From Nitrospirota bacterium (GTDB taxonomy: Bacteria; Nitrospirota; UBA9217): a stretch of DNA of 64,000 nt. Below, piece by piece: positions 33,401 to 43,954 of this stretch (position 1 is its first letter; every line of letters begins with the position of its first letter). The notes below the pieces were generated by a model. That model did not search any database. It was not told where the DNA came from and was given only the letters and a program-made list of their open reading frames with translations. A program made the translations under genes and the position numbers. The stretch spans positions 32,001 through 96,000 of the forward strand of contig CAWBNQ010000011.1 of NCBI GenBank assembly GCA_963790205.1, in the 5' to 3' direction.

Positions 33401-34875
33401 GGATCGTAACGAGCCTCAAGAGCAAGATCATCATCGCGATCTCCGCCATTCTCGCGGTGACCATCGGACTCGGTACGTGGATCAACATCGGGTTCCAGCG
33501 CGCGCAGATGGAGGACGCCCTTGAGGACAACATTCTTATCATCGCGAACACGATAGAACGGAGCCTTGCCAACGCCATGCTCGACGGCAAGAGCAAGGAA
33601 GTTCAGCACATCCTCGAGGCGGTCGGCGTGTATCACAACATCAGTGAAGTAAGGATATTCAGCCCGAACGGCGTAATCCTTAAATCGTCAAAACGCTGGA
33701 TGATCGGCAGAAGGGTCGACCCGGCGACGGAAAAATGGTTCCTGGCCGACCGGTTTAAAAGACCGATCAAGCGGAGAGATGAAGGGATTTTCTCCGTATT
33801 ATTCCCGATTCAGAATGAAGAACGATGTTTTCACTGCCACGGCTCCATCGTGAAACTGAACGGCATCCTGGCGGTGGACGTTTCCATGGCCCAGACCCAG
33901 GAAAAAGTAAGCGCCCTGGTCAAGACCATGCTCCTCTGGGCTTTCGGTATAGCGGTGCTTCTCGCCATATCCCTTTCGCTGTTCCTGACCCACTTTGTCA
34001 CGAACCCGATACAGGACCTGATCATCACCATGGAGCGCACGGAGCAGGGGCTCGAGGCCAGGGCGGAGGTGAAAAGCTCCGACGACATCGGCAGGCTCGG
34101 CCTGGCCTTCAACTCCCTTCTGTCGAAACTCGAGCTGGCGCGGCGCCGTGTGGAGCGGTACCATTATGAGCAGATGAAGCGCGCCGACCGGCTCGCCTCC
34201 ATCGGCGAGATGGCGGCGGGCATCGCGCACGAGATCAAAAATCCGCTGGCAGGAATTGCAGGCGTGATCCAGGTGATCAAGAAGGACATGCTCGTCGGCG
34301 ATCAGAAAAAAGCGGTGCTCGACGAAGTGCTTTCACAGGTTGAACGCATGGACAAGGCCGTGCGGAACCTGCTTTCCTTCGCCCGGCCGCCGGAGCCGAA
34401 AATGACGCTCGTCGATATCAACGAACTGGTCGGGAAGCTCCTCGATTTTCTTGCGCCGCAGTTCGCCAAGAATGCCATTCTCGCCGAGCGACGGCTGGCT
34501 GCGGGCCTGCCCTGGCTTACGCTGGACCCCGACCTGGTCCAGCAGGCGCTCATCAATGTTGCGCTGAATGCGATCCAGGCGATGCCCGAGGGGGGCAAGT
34601 TCATCGTCGAGACAAAATCGACCAAACCTTCCGGAGACACGCCGGGGTCGGTGGAGATCGTGTTCAGCGATACGGGAAAAGGGATTTCCGCTGAAAACAT
34701 GAGCCGGATCTTCGGCCCCTTTTTCACGACCCGCCAGCAGGGGACGGGGCTGGGACTGTCGATCACGCAGCGTATTATAGAACAGCATAATGGTGAAATC
34801 AACGTTACGAGCGCTCCCGGGACAGGCGCTGTTTTCACGATAAGTTTCCCCTATCCCGAGAGCGTGAAAGCATAA
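33397..34875 (+). CDS. Sensor histidine kinase (2 TM, periplasmic CxxCH, HAMP, HisKA, HATPase)
   Basis: CFHCH; AAGIAHEIKNPL H-box; NAIQA, DTGKG, FFTTR, GTGLGL. Confidence 0.93.
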   Translation: MRIVTSLKSKIIIAISAILAVTIGLGTWINIGFQRAQMEDALEDNILIIANTIERSLANAMLDGKSKEVQHILEAVGVYHNISEVRIFSPNGVILKSSKRWMIGRRVDPATEKWFLADRFKRPIKRRDEGIFSVLFPIQNEERCFHCHGSIVKLNGILAVDVSMAQTQEKVSALVKTMLLWAFGIAVLLAISLSLFLTHFVTNPIQDLIITMERTEQGLEARAEVKSSDDIGRLGLAFNSLLSKLELARRRVERYHYEQMKRADRLASIGEMAAGIAHEIKNPLAGIAGVIQVIKKDMLVGDQKKAVLDEVLSQVERMDKAVRNLLSFARPPEPKMTLVDINELVGKLLDFLAPQFAKNAILAERRLAAGLPWLTLDPDLVQQALINVALNAIQAMPEGGKFIVETKSTKPSGDTPGSVEIVFSDTGKGISAENMSRIFGPFFTTRQQGTGLGLSITQRIIEQHNGEINVTSAPGTGAVFTISFPYPESVKA

Positions 34876-35101
34876 ACCCGGGAAAAATCATGGCTGCAGC
34901 CGTACGCAAATGAGCGGCAAAAAAACAATTCGATGATGATAAAACGGAATCCATCTCAAAGGTAAGGGTTTCCCCCTTTTTTTCTCTTCGACGACAGGTC
35001 GTTCACTTCTTCCTCTTCCGGCAACCCCCAGCTCTCTTACTTGCATTTTTCTCTTTCTTAACATACAATCAAATCAGCGGCAATGGCCGAGATAGATATA
35101 T

Positions 35102-35983
35102 ATGGAAGAAGAACTGCTCAAAAAGTTCCTGATCTACCTGGCCGTGGAAAAAGGGCTCGCAAAGAACACCCTGGAATCCTACGAGCGCGACCTGCGCAAA
35201 TACTTCCATTTCATGAAAAACAAAAGCGTTGATGATATTTCACGAACTGATGTCGTGTCGTTCCAGGCACGCCTGTCAACGGAAGGCATGGCGACTCCTT
35301 CCGTCGCGCGAAGCCTGTCCGCCATCAGAGGTTTCCATAAATATCTGATGACCGACGGTTTGGCGCGCACGGACCCCACGGTGAATATCGAGACGCCCCG
35401 GGGTTGGAAGCGGCTGCCGAAGACGCTCTCAACGGCGGATGTGGACTCCCTTCTTAACCAGCCCCAGCTATCGTCCCCGATCGGGCTGCGCGACAAAGCA
35501 ATGCTGGAACTGCTCTACGCTACGGGACTGCGCGTGAGCGAACTGGTGGGGCTCAGGGTCCCGGACATCAATCTTGAGAGGGGTTTTCTCATAGTCATGG
35601 GCAAGGGGTCCAAGGAGCGGGCAGTGCCGATGGGCGAACTTGCGATCGCCGCAATCAAACAGTACCTCGCCGGCGCCAGACAAACCCTGCTGAACGGCAG
35701 GGATTCCCACCTGCTGTTCATCAGTTCGAAGCGAAGAGGGATAACCCGGCAGATGTTCTGGGAAAGGATCAAATTCTATACCAGAAAGGCGGGCATCGGA
35801 AAGAGCATTTCTCCCCATACCCTGCGTCATTCCTTTGCGACCCACCTGCTCGACAACGGCGCGGACCTCCGCGCCGTACAGGCCATGCTCGGGCATTCGG
35901 ATATTTCCACAACGCAGATCTATACCCATGTTTCCCGGGAGCGGCTCAAGCAGATCCATGAGAAGTATCACCCGAGAGGATGA
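35102..35983 (+). CDS. xerD: Tyrosine recombinase XerD
   Basis: LAVEKGLAKNT, RDKAMLELLYATGLRVSEL, SPHTLRHSFATHLL, LGHSDISTTQIYTHV, HPRG. TTGCAT-17-TACAAT promoter at 35041. Confidence 0.93.
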   Translation: MEEELLKKFLIYLAVEKGLAKNTLESYERDLRKYFHFMKNKSVDDISRTDVVSFQARLSTEGMATPSVARSLSAIRGFHKYLMTDGLARTDPTVNIETPRGWKRLPKTLSTADVDSLLNQPQLSSPIGLRDKAMLELLYATGLRVSELVGLRVPDINLERGFLIVMGKGSKERAVPMGELAIAAIKQYLAGARQTLLNGRDSHLLFISSKRRGITRQMFWERIKFYTRKAGIGKSISPHTLRHSFATHLLDNGADLRAVQAMLGHSDISTTQIYTHVSRERLKQIHEKYHPRG

Positions 35984-35985
35984 GG

Positions 35986-36053
35986 GAATTGCAGATTGCG
36001 GAATGCGGATTGCGAATTAAAAATCCAAAATCTACAATCTAAAATCCGAAATT
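35986..36053. repeat. Heptamer inverted-arm element
   Basis: GAATTGC AGATTGC GGAATGC GGATTGC ... AAATCCA AAATCTA CAATCTA AAATCCG. Confidence 0.8.
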
Positions 36054-36058
36054 GAACC

Positions 36059-38677
36059 ATGGAAGTCATCACCAGTCATACAAACGCCGATTTCGACGCC
36101 CTGGCCTCCATGGTGGCGGCGAAGAAGCTCTATCCGGAAGCCAGGCTGGTGTTCCCCGGCTCGCAGGAAAAGAGCATGCGTGATTTTTTTCTCGAATCGG
36201 CTTTCTACGCCATGGAGGTGGAGCGCCTGAGAAACGTCGATGTGAACAGCATCACCCGGCTCATCATCGTCGATAACCGCAATCCCGCGCGGCTCGGCAA
36301 GCTCGCTGAAGCGTTGAAACGTCCCGGTCTGCCGGTGCATATCTACGACCATCATCCGACGGCGGCCGGAGATGTCAAGGGAGAGCTCGAGGTCGTGGAA
36401 GAGATCGGGGCGACGACGACGATCATGGTGGAACTGATCAAGCAGAAGGGCGTCACGGTCACGCCGCTCGAGGCGACGATCTTCGCCTTGGGGATCTATG
36501 AGGAGACGGGCTCACTTACGTTCATATCGACCACGAAACGGGACGCCGAGGCCGCGGCCTGGCTCATTTCCCAGGGCGCCCAGCTCAACATCGTCTCGGA
36601 CTTTATCTCGCGCGAGCTCACCCCGGAACAGGTTTCGGTCTTGAACGCGCTGATCGAAGGGGCCACAAGCTACGAAATCAACGGCGTGCGCGTCGTGATC
36701 ACCGCAATGGCCACGCAGCATTTCATCCCGGACCTGGCCAACCTGGCCCACAAAATGAGGGACATGGAAAGCCTCAATGTGCTCTTTCTCGTAGTCCAGA
36801 TGGGCGACAAAACGCACATAATCGCCCGGTGCAGGGTCCCCCAGGTGAACGCCGGCAAGGTCCTCGAAGAGATGGGCGGAGGGGGGCATGCCACGGCGGC
36901 ATCGGCGGCAGTCAAGGACATGACGTACCTGCAGGCCAGGGAACGCCTGATCGACGTTCTCAAGCGCCACATCAAGCCGGGCAGGCTCGCGAGCGAGATC
37001 ATGACCTCGCCGGTCAAGACCATACCCTCCGGCAGCAGCATAGCCGGGGCCGGTGAGGCCATGACCCGTTTCAGCGTGAACGTGCTGCCGGTGCTGAGCG
37101 ATGACCGGTACCAGGGCATCATTACGCGCGAGGTCGTGCAAAAGGCGCTCTTTCACGGCCTGGGCAAACAGCAAGTCGACGATTTCATGATAACCGGCGG
37201 CCCGGTCGCGTCATCCGATATGCCCATGAGCCGGGTGGAGCGTATGATGATCGAGGAGGAGCAGCGTTTCATTCCCGTACTCGACCGGAGCGGCGCGATC
37301 ATCGGCGCGATCACGCGCACCGACCTGCTGCGCTCCCTGCACGAAGAGCGGCTGGACGAGGTCCGGGAACCCGATGAGCTGAGCCTTCGTTCGAACAGAA
37401 ACATACGGGGCCTGATCGAGGAACGGGTGCCTGCGGAGGTATACGAAGCGCTCAGGATCGTGGGAGAGGTCGCCGACGATGCCGGTTTTCCCGTTTATCT
37501 CGTCGGCGGGATCGTCCGCGACCTGTTCCTGCGCGTGACGAACCTCGACGTCGACATCGTCGTCGAGGGCGACGGCATCTTTTTTGCCGGCATGCTCGTC
37601 AAGCTGACCGGCGGCCGCATGAAGACCCACCAGAAGTTCGGGACCGCCGTCGTCGTGCTGCCGAAGGGGCTTAAGCTCGATATCGCCACGGCCCGGCTTG
37701 AATATTACGAGTCGCCGGCGGCCCTGCCCACGATCGAGCTTTCCTCCATCAAGAAGGACCTCTACCGCCGCGACTTTACGATCAATACGCTCGCGGTGCG
37801 GCTGAACCGGAAACGCTACGGGGACCTTATCGACTTCTTCGGGGGCCTGCGCGACATCAAGGAAAAAACGGTTCGTGCGCTGCACAGCCTTTCGTTCGTC
37901 GAAGACCCCACGCGCGTGTTTCGTGCCATTCGCTTTGAGCAGCGGTTCGATTTCCATTTGAGCAAACATACCCATAACCTGATCAAGACCGCCGTGAACA
38001 TGAAGCTTTTCAACAGGCTGACGGGCGAGCGTCTCTATGCCGAACTGGTCCTTATGTTCTCCGAAGCCGATCCCTTGAAAATATTAAAGCGCATGAAGGA
38101 TTTCGACCTCCTGAAGTTCATCCATCCGGGCCTCAAGGGCGCGGCGGAGACGGAACGTCTGTTTGCCGGCATCGGCGAGACGCTCACCTGGTTCAGGCTG
38201 CTCTACCTGGACCTGAAGACAAAAAAATGGTACCTCTATTTTCTCGGTCTTCTCGATGGCCTCAAAGATACGGCAGTCGAAGAAACGCTCGAGCGGCTGT
38301 CGGTGCCCGCGCGGCTCAGAGAGAGAATGCGACAGGCGAGGGTGCGGTACCGGGACGTGCTGTACGTGTTCAATAAGGAGCCCGGGCTTCCGTCCAGCCG
38401 CGTCTACGACCTTCTTGCGCCGCTCGAGACCGAGGCGCTCCTCCTCATGATGGCCAAGGCGAAGCAGGAAGCGGCCAAGAAATACATCTCGCTGTATCTC
38501 ACGCACCTCCGTGACGTCAGGGTCATGCTGACCGGCGACGACCTCAAGGCGCTCGGCATCCCGCCCGGCCCGCGGTACAAAGAGCTCCTTGCCGAACTCC
38601 TGGACGCAAAGCTCGACGGCCTTGTCCGGAACCGCGGGGAGGAGCTCGAGTTCGCGAAGCGCAAAGCCGGCAAATGA
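36059..38677 (+). CDS. DHH-DHHA1-CBS-tRNA nucleotidyltransferase (A-adding type)
   Basis: HTNADFDA, YDHH, GGGGH, CBS pair, LVGGIVRD...DVDI, DLYRRDFTIN, EDPTR. Confidence 0.9.
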   Translation: MEVITSHTNADFDALASMVAAKKLYPEARLVFPGSQEKSMRDFFLESAFYAMEVERLRNVDVNSITRLIIVDNRNPARLGKLAEALKRPGLPVHIYDHHPTAAGDVKGELEVVEEIGATTTIMVELIKQKGVTVTPLEATIFALGIYEETGSLTFISTTKRDAEAAAWLISQGAQLNIVSDFISRELTPEQVSVLNALIEGATSYEINGVRVVITAMATQHFIPDLANLAHKMRDMESLNVLFLVVQMGDKTHIIARCRVPQVNAGKVLEEMGGGGHATAASAAVKDMTYLQARERLIDVLKRHIKPGRLASEIMTSPVKTIPSGSSIAGAGEAMTRFSVNVLPVLSDDRYQGIITREVVQKALFHGLGKQQVDDFMITGGPVASSDMPMSRVERMMIEEEQRFIPVLDRSGAIIGAITRTDLLRSLHEERLDEVREPDELSLRSNRNIRGLIEERVPAEVYEALRIVGEVADDAGFPVYLVGGIVRDLFLRVTNLDVDIVVEGDGIFFAGMLVKLTGGRMKTHQKFGTAVVVLPKGLKLDIATARLEYYESPAALPTIELSSIKKDLYRRDFTINTLAVRLNRKRYGDLIDFFGGLRDIKEKTVRALHSLSFVEDPTRVFRAIRFEQRFDFHLSKHTHNLIKTAVNMKLFNRLTGERLYAELVLMFSEADPLKILKRMKDFDLLKFIHPGLKGAAETERLFAGIGETLTWFRLLYLDLKTKKWYLYFLGLLDGLKDTAVEETLERLSVPARLRERMRQARVRYRDVLYVFNKEPGLPSSRVYDLLAPLETEALLLMMAKAKQEAAKKYISLYLTHLRDVRVMLTGDDLKALGIPPGPRYKELLAELLDAKLDGLVRNRGEELEFAKRKAGK

Positions 38678-39179
38678 AAACGCCGCAACGGCATCTCGGC
38701 CTGCAAAGTTTTTCACTCCCGTTTCCGTCCGCCTTATCGTTACTTCCGGTAACTCAGGAAAAACGAAGCTGAATATCAGGGTTTCCCCGATTGCGCCCCG
38801 GCTTCATTCCATGTATCATCTTGAGGGTGATTATTGGACTTTCATCGTATTCGTTGATTTCTGTAAAAGAGATTCAGCATAACAGCATAAGGAGCTATTC
38901 GTGGACGCCCTCCGTCATGAAGAATGCCCGTCGTTAATACGGCTGCAGCCGGACAAGTACGAAACGGCGATAGGGACTGAGTCACATTTTCGGAGTATTG
39001 ATATTTAGCTATAATTGTGCTAGCGTTTCTCTGTATCCTGCCTTTGTCGGTTTCGTTTAAAAGAAACACTTCTTATCAATCAAGACAGATTCGTTGCTTT
39101 TAATGGTAATACAGCTTACATTAGTAAAAGTATAAAAAAGGTACCGGCCTTTTTAGCAAAGAGGGCACGAGGTGTTGGG

Positions 39180-39353
39180 ATGAATTCCAATGGGCCGATT
39201 GCGCATATTGCAGAAGCCGGACGAGTTTACCTGCTTTCGGACCATTTGCACGGAACCGCCGAACGCGCCGCGAAATTCGCCGCTGAATTCGGCTGCGCCG
39301 GATGGAGAAGGCTCGCCGGGCTGCAGCATGAAACACGGAGTGATAATGCCTGA
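39180..39353 (+). pseudogene. Relic 5' fragment of a second cas3 HD domain
   Basis: 57-codon ORF MNSNGPIAHIAEAGRVYLLSDHLHGTAERAAKFAAEFGCAGWRRLAGLQHE..., collinear with the Cas3 N-terminus pattern AH...HL..A..FA..FG....LAGL.HD. Confidence 0.7.
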
Positions 39354-41511
39354 ACTAAATGCACACTCACCGAATAGCGAAGGTAAATGGCACAATCTGC
39401 AAAAACATTTGCAGAAGGTAGCTAGGCTGTGTCAGCAGTTTGCCGCGAAGTTTGGAAGTGAGACCATCGCCAGAGATGTCGCCCTTTGGCATGACATCGG
39501 CAAAGCGATTCCCGAATTTCAGGAATACCTTTTACTCTGTCATCAGAAACCTAATCAGAAACACCGGGGTCCCGACCACAAGGGTGCGGGAGCAATATTC
39601 GCTCTCAAGAGGTTAGAACCGCTCGCATTTTTAATTGCAGGTCACCATGGTGGTCTTCAAAATAGTGATGACTTACGCGTGTGGCTGACTCAGCGTGCTA
39701 AAAAGTGGCCTGATTCATCGATTGAGCGACTGATTCAAATTCTTGATCTCGCAGGGACAATCAATGAAAGACTCGCTCCACCTTCGCACGTCAAAACCCC
39801 AATCCAAGCCGAGTTGTTTCTGCGTTTACTTTTTTCGTGCCTTGTAGACGCTGACTTTCTCGATACCGAATACCACTTCAGTCCTGATAAATCAACGTTA
39901 CGAAAGAATGCAATCCGTATCGATGAATTGTGGCACACTTTTGAATCTAGTCAGCAAGAACTTTCCTGCAAAGGCTCCGGCTTGCTTCATGACGTACGTA
40001 ATACGATCTACCGCGAGTGTCTCGCTGCTGCGCCATTGGAGCCGGGCTTCTTCCGGCTGACCGTGCCGACTGGAGGAGGGAAAACTCGCTCGGGAATGGC
40101 TTTCGCTCTAAGACACGCGATGAAGCATGGTAAAGACCGAGTCATCGTGGCTATCCCGTACACTAGCATTATCGAGCAGACCGCTGGTATATATCGTGAA
40201 ATCTTTGGATCGTCTGCTGTGCTAGAACATCACAGCGCGGCATCCGTGCCAGACGATGAGGACAACGTGGATGACGGCACGTCATGGGGACGCCTTGCCG
40301 CACAGAACTGGGACGTCCCGATAGTCGTCACTACCACCGTGCAACTCTTCGAAAGCCTTTTCGCTAATAAGACTAGCCGGTGTCGCAAACTACACAATAT
40401 CGTAAACAGCGTAATCATCCTTGATGAAGTCCAAACTCTGCCCACTAAGCTTCTTACGCCTATTCTCGATGTTCTTAGTGAACTTGTGGCAAATTATCAA
40501 GTAAGCGTCGTCCTCTGCACCGCTACTCAACCCGCAGTGGAGGATGTGCCTCATTTTACAGGTATCAAAGGTATACGCGAAATTGTATCCGAACCGACAA
40601 GATGGTTTTCTAGCTTGAAGCGTGTTGACTACTTATGGGATCGAGCTGAGAAATGGACCTGGGACAGGGTTGCCAAAGAAATGCAAAACTCAGAACGATG
40701 CTTGACTATCGTAAATACTAAGAATGATGCTTTTGCATTGCTTAATGCAATTGCCGACTTCGATACGTTACATCTTTCGACCAATATCTGTGGGGCTCAT
40801 CGGCGTGCGGTGCTGAAGGATGTCAGAGTCCGCCTTGCGGGAAAAAAACCATGTAGGTTAGTTTCCACCCAGGTAGTTGAAGCAGGGGTGGATGTAGATT
40901 TTCCCGTGGTTCTGCGTTCAATAGGCCCGCTCGATCGGGTCGTCCAAGCAGCCGGGCGATGCAATCGAGAGGGAACGCTTACTGCCGGGCGGATGATTGT
41001 GTTTGAGCCGTCCGAAGGCAAACTCCCGCCAGGAGATTATTCCACTGGGACTGCAACGGCACTCGCGCTTATGCAACAGGACTCATTCGATTTTCATGAT
41101 CCAGAGGTATTCAAAATATACTTTCGCATGTTGTACCAGGCAGTGAATCTTGACGCAAAAGGAATTCAACCTCTTCGCGAACGCCTTCAGTTCAAGGATA
41201 CAGCAGAGCGTTTCTCTATGATAGACGACGATTCGGTATCTGTCGTGGTCCGTTACCGGGGGCCGGATGGCAGTGATGGTGAAGTGGATCGCTTGATCGA
41301 GCGACTTGCGAAGGGGTGGGGGTCGCCAATGGCCCTCGACCGCCATCTTCAGCCATATATGGTAAATCTGCGCAGACGTGCGTTTTCCCAAGCTGAAAAG
41401 GATGGGCTTGTCAGGCAGGTAATACCCGGTGTCTATGAGTGGTTGGGCAAATACGACCTCATTCGAGGGGTCATATTCGGCAACATTTCCCCTGACAATC
41501 TCGTTATCTGA
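39346..41511 (+). CDS. cas3: CRISPR helicase/HD nuclease Cas3
   Basis: LWHDIGK, HHGG, LVDADFLDT, VPTGGGKT, DEVQ, QAAGRCNR. Start taken at MPELNAHS. Confidence 0.95.
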   Translation: MPELNAHSPNSEGKWHNLQKHLQKVARLCQQFAAKFGSETIARDVALWHDIGKAIPEFQEYLLLCHQKPNQKHRGPDHKGAGAIFALKRLEPLAFLIAGHHGGLQNSDDLRVWLTQRAKKWPDSSIERLIQILDLAGTINERLAPPSHVKTPIQAELFLRLLFSCLVDADFLDTEYHFSPDKSTLRKNAIRIDELWHTFESSQQELSCKGSGLLHDVRNTIYRECLAAAPLEPGFFRLTVPTGGGKTRSGMAFALRHAMKHGKDRVIVAIPYTSIIEQTAGIYREIFGSSAVLEHHSAASVPDDEDNVDDGTSWGRLAAQNWDVPIVVTTTVQLFESLFANKTSRCRKLHNIVNSVIILDEVQTLPTKLLTPILDVLSELVANYQVSVVLCTATQPAVEDVPHFTGIKGIREIVSEPTRWFSSLKRVDYLWDRAEKWTWDRVAKEMQNSERCLTIVNTKNDAFALLNAIADFDTLHLSTNICGAHRRAVLKDVRVRLAGKKPCRLVSTQVVEAGVDVDFPVVLRSIGPLDRVVQAAGRCNREGTLTAGRMIVFEPSEGKLPPGDYSTGTATALALMQQDSFDFHDPEVFKIYFRMLYQAVNLDAKGIQPLRERLQFKDTAERFSMIDDDSVSVVVRYRGPDGSDGEVDRLIERLAKGWGSPMALDRHLQPYMVNLRRRAFSQAEKDGLVRQVIPGVYEWLGKYDLIRGVIFGNISPDNLVI

Positions 41512-41534
41512 TTACATAAAGGAAAGGAGGAAGC

Positions 41535-42188
41535 ATGCATAACGGTCCACCGCTTGAAGTTAAGGTTTGGGGAGAGTTTGCCTGTTTCACCAGGCCTGAA
41601 ATGAAGGTCGAGCGCGTCAGCTATCCCGTCATGACGCCATCGGCCGCGCGAGGCGTTCTGGAGGCTGTTTTCTGGAAACCAGAATTTTCGTGGCAGGTGA
41701 GAGAAATTCACGTGCTTAATGAAGTACGACACTTTTCCATCCTGCGTAACGAGGTAAACAGCAAGATGGCAACGTCCTCAGCCAGAAGCATGATTGAAAA
41801 AGGGGGCAACTACTTTGCCGAAGAAGATAGGGCTCAGCGACATACCTTGGCGTTGCGAGACGTGGCATACCTGATTAAGGCCGACGTGGTTCTGCGACCG
41901 CACGCCACTGAAGACGTGGCTAAGTACCGCGACCAGTTCCGCAGACGGGTAACGAGCGGCAAATGCCACCATACCCCATACCTTGGATGCCGGGAGTTTG
42001 CAGGATTCTTCGGCGACCCGGATGGAAGTGAACGCCCCTTCAACCTGACCGACGATTTGGGCCTCATACTGTTCGATCTCGACTACGAGCAGGGCACCTC
42101 AGGTCGGGGGAAGCCAAGGTTCTTTTCCGCACGACTTGAAGGCGGCATTCTCAAGGTGCCTTCTGAGCTGTATAGAAAGGAGGGGTGA
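41535..42188 (+). CDS. cas5c: Type I-C Cas5 (Cas5d)
   Basis: ACFTRPEMKVERVSYPVMTPSAARG, PYLGCREF. Confidence 0.97.
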   Translation: MHNGPPLEVKVWGEFACFTRPEMKVERVSYPVMTPSAARGVLEAVFWKPEFSWQVREIHVLNEVRHFSILRNEVNSKMATSSARSMIEKGGNYFAEEDRAQRHTLALRDVAYLIKADVVLRPHATEDVAKYRDQFRRRVTSGKCHHTPYLGCREFAGFFGDPDGSERPFNLTDDLGLILFDLDYEQGTSGRGKPRFFSARLEGGILKVPSELYRKEG

Positions 42189-42190
42189 CC

Positions 42191-43936
42191 ATGCTTTTGC
42201 AGAGATTAGTTGAGTACTCCGACCGTATTCCTTTCACTCCGGTTATGTATCTGCAAACGCCTATCAAATGGCTGATTCAGCTCGATAAACACGGGAAATT
42301 CCTTGAAATCATCAAAACAACAGATGACAGCGGACGTCATAATGACCGTGGCAAAAAATTTCTTTCGCCTCACATCGGACGAGCCTCGGGCATCAAGGCC
42401 AAGCTTCTTGCCGACAACGGAGAATATGTCCTCGGCCTCCCTCGGGATTCATCAGATCCCGAGAGAGTGAAGGAATGCCATCAGGCATTCAAGGAATTGG
42501 TCGCAATAGCTGCCGAAAAGACGGGGGAGCCCACGCTGAAGGCAGTATGTGCTTTCTATGTTCATAACAAAACAAACAAAATAGAATTGCCAGCAACATT
42601 TGACCCGGCCGATATCCTATCCTTTCGGGTGGATAGCGGTATTCCGTTTGAATTAGCGTCCGTCCAGCGATTCTGGGCAAAATTCACAGGCGTAGTCGCG
42701 GATGAAGCGGATGGTGAAGAGCAAATAGACATTTATCCGTGTATTGTCTGCGGAGCCAGTAAGCCTGCGGTGCGCCGTCTGCCGTTCAAAATCAAGCGCA
42801 TTCCTAATGGCCAAACAGCTGGCAACGCCCTAATCTCCGCTAACTCACCGGCTTTCGAGTCGTATGGATTGGAGGAGTCACTTATCTCTCCAATCTGTGC
42901 GGAGGATGCGGAGAAGTTCAGCAAAGCGGCAAATGCGCTTCTTGAAGGCGAAGACACCCACCTCACGATAGGCCCATTGGCGTATATCTTCTGGACTAAA
43001 GAAGAGAACAGTTTTTCCTTTGCCACTTTACTATCAAAACCGGACGCTGCACAGGTTCATCAGCTTATAGAATCGGCATTCTCTGGGAAAAAAGCGGCAT
43101 TAGGAATCGATGCGTCACCATTTTATGCCGCCGCTTTATCAGCCAGCGGGGCACGTGTAGCAATACGGGATTGGCTCGAAACGACTGTGGCCAATGTAAA
43201 ACAGAATCTCGCACGGTATTTTCGGTTACAGCGAATAGCCGAGTTAGATGGCAGTGAGCCCCAACCAATGGGAATAAATGCGCTCTCAGCGGCAACGGTC
43301 CCTCTTAAGCAGAATAAGCCGGACTATGCAAAAATATCACCAAACGTTCCTAAAGTTCTTCTTAAATGCGCAATAGAAGGTACGCCGCTTCCTGAGTGGC
43401 TGTTATACCAAGCGGTTAAGCGTACCAAAGCCGAGCAGGGTGTGCGTAAGGGACATGCAGCGCTTATTAAGATGGTTATTGCATCGCAGGATATAAACTT
43501 TGACGAGGAGGAAAACCGTATGGAAGAGATCGACAAAAGCAATAAAGAGCCTGCATATCTCTGTGGACAATTACTGGGGGTACTCGAATCGGTTCAATAC
43601 GCAGCGATGGGAAAAACGAGCTCGACTGTAATCGGTCGTTTTTATGGCACAGCATCAAGCGCTCCGGCGTCGGTTTTTGGCACTCTGCTTCGGGGAGCCC
43701 AGGCCCATCTTGATAAATTGCGCAAGAACAGAGAAGGGGCCTACGTTGCGCTTCAAAGAAAACTCGAAGAGGTCCAAAGCGACCTTCGTATTTTCCCTAA
43801 GACGCTCACACTCCAGCAGCAAGGCTTATTCGCACTTGGTTATTACCATCAGCGGGCAAAGGATGCCAAGGACCGGGCAGAAGCTAAGGCGAAAAAGCAG
43901 GCAAACAACACTAATATATCAGATTCCAACGAATAA
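42191..43936 (+). CDS. cas8c: Type I-C Cas8c/Csd1
   Basis: CIVCG, LISAN..AFESYG, AYLCGQL, RFYGTASSAP, FALGYYHQ. Confidence 0.93.
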   Translation: MLLQRLVEYSDRIPFTPVMYLQTPIKWLIQLDKHGKFLEIIKTTDDSGRHNDRGKKFLSPHIGRASGIKAKLLADNGEYVLGLPRDSSDPERVKECHQAFKELVAIAAEKTGEPTLKAVCAFYVHNKTNKIELPATFDPADILSFRVDSGIPFELASVQRFWAKFTGVVADEADGEEQIDIYPCIVCGASKPAVRRLPFKIKRIPNGQTAGNALISANSPAFESYGLEESLISPICAEDAEKFSKAANALLEGEDTHLTIGPLAYIFWTKEENSFSFATLLSKPDAAQVHQLIESAFSGKKAALGIDASPFYAAALSASGARVAIRDWLETTVANVKQNLARYFRLQRIAELDGSEPQPMGINALSAATVPLKQNKPDYAKISPNVPKVLLKCAIEGTPLPEWLLYQAVKRTKAEQGVRKGHAALIKMVIASQDINFDEEENRMEEIDKSNKEPAYLCGQLLGVLESVQYAAMGKTSSTVIGRFYGTASSAPASVFGTLLRGAQAHLDKLRKNREGAYVALQRKLEEVQSDLRIFPKTLTLQQQGLFALGYYHQRAKDAKDRAEAKAKKQANNTNISDSNE

Positions 43937-43954
43937 AAACCAAGGAGGTAATCC

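Noticed and set aside
35102..35983. Prophage or island integrase mobilising the CRISPR locus
   Set aside because: Sequence is a typical housekeeping XerD; no att repeats, tRNA or phage genes nearby
38842..39069. 75-aa minus-strand ORF as an anti-CRISPR or toxin
   Set aside because: No RBS, motif or coding signal I can support
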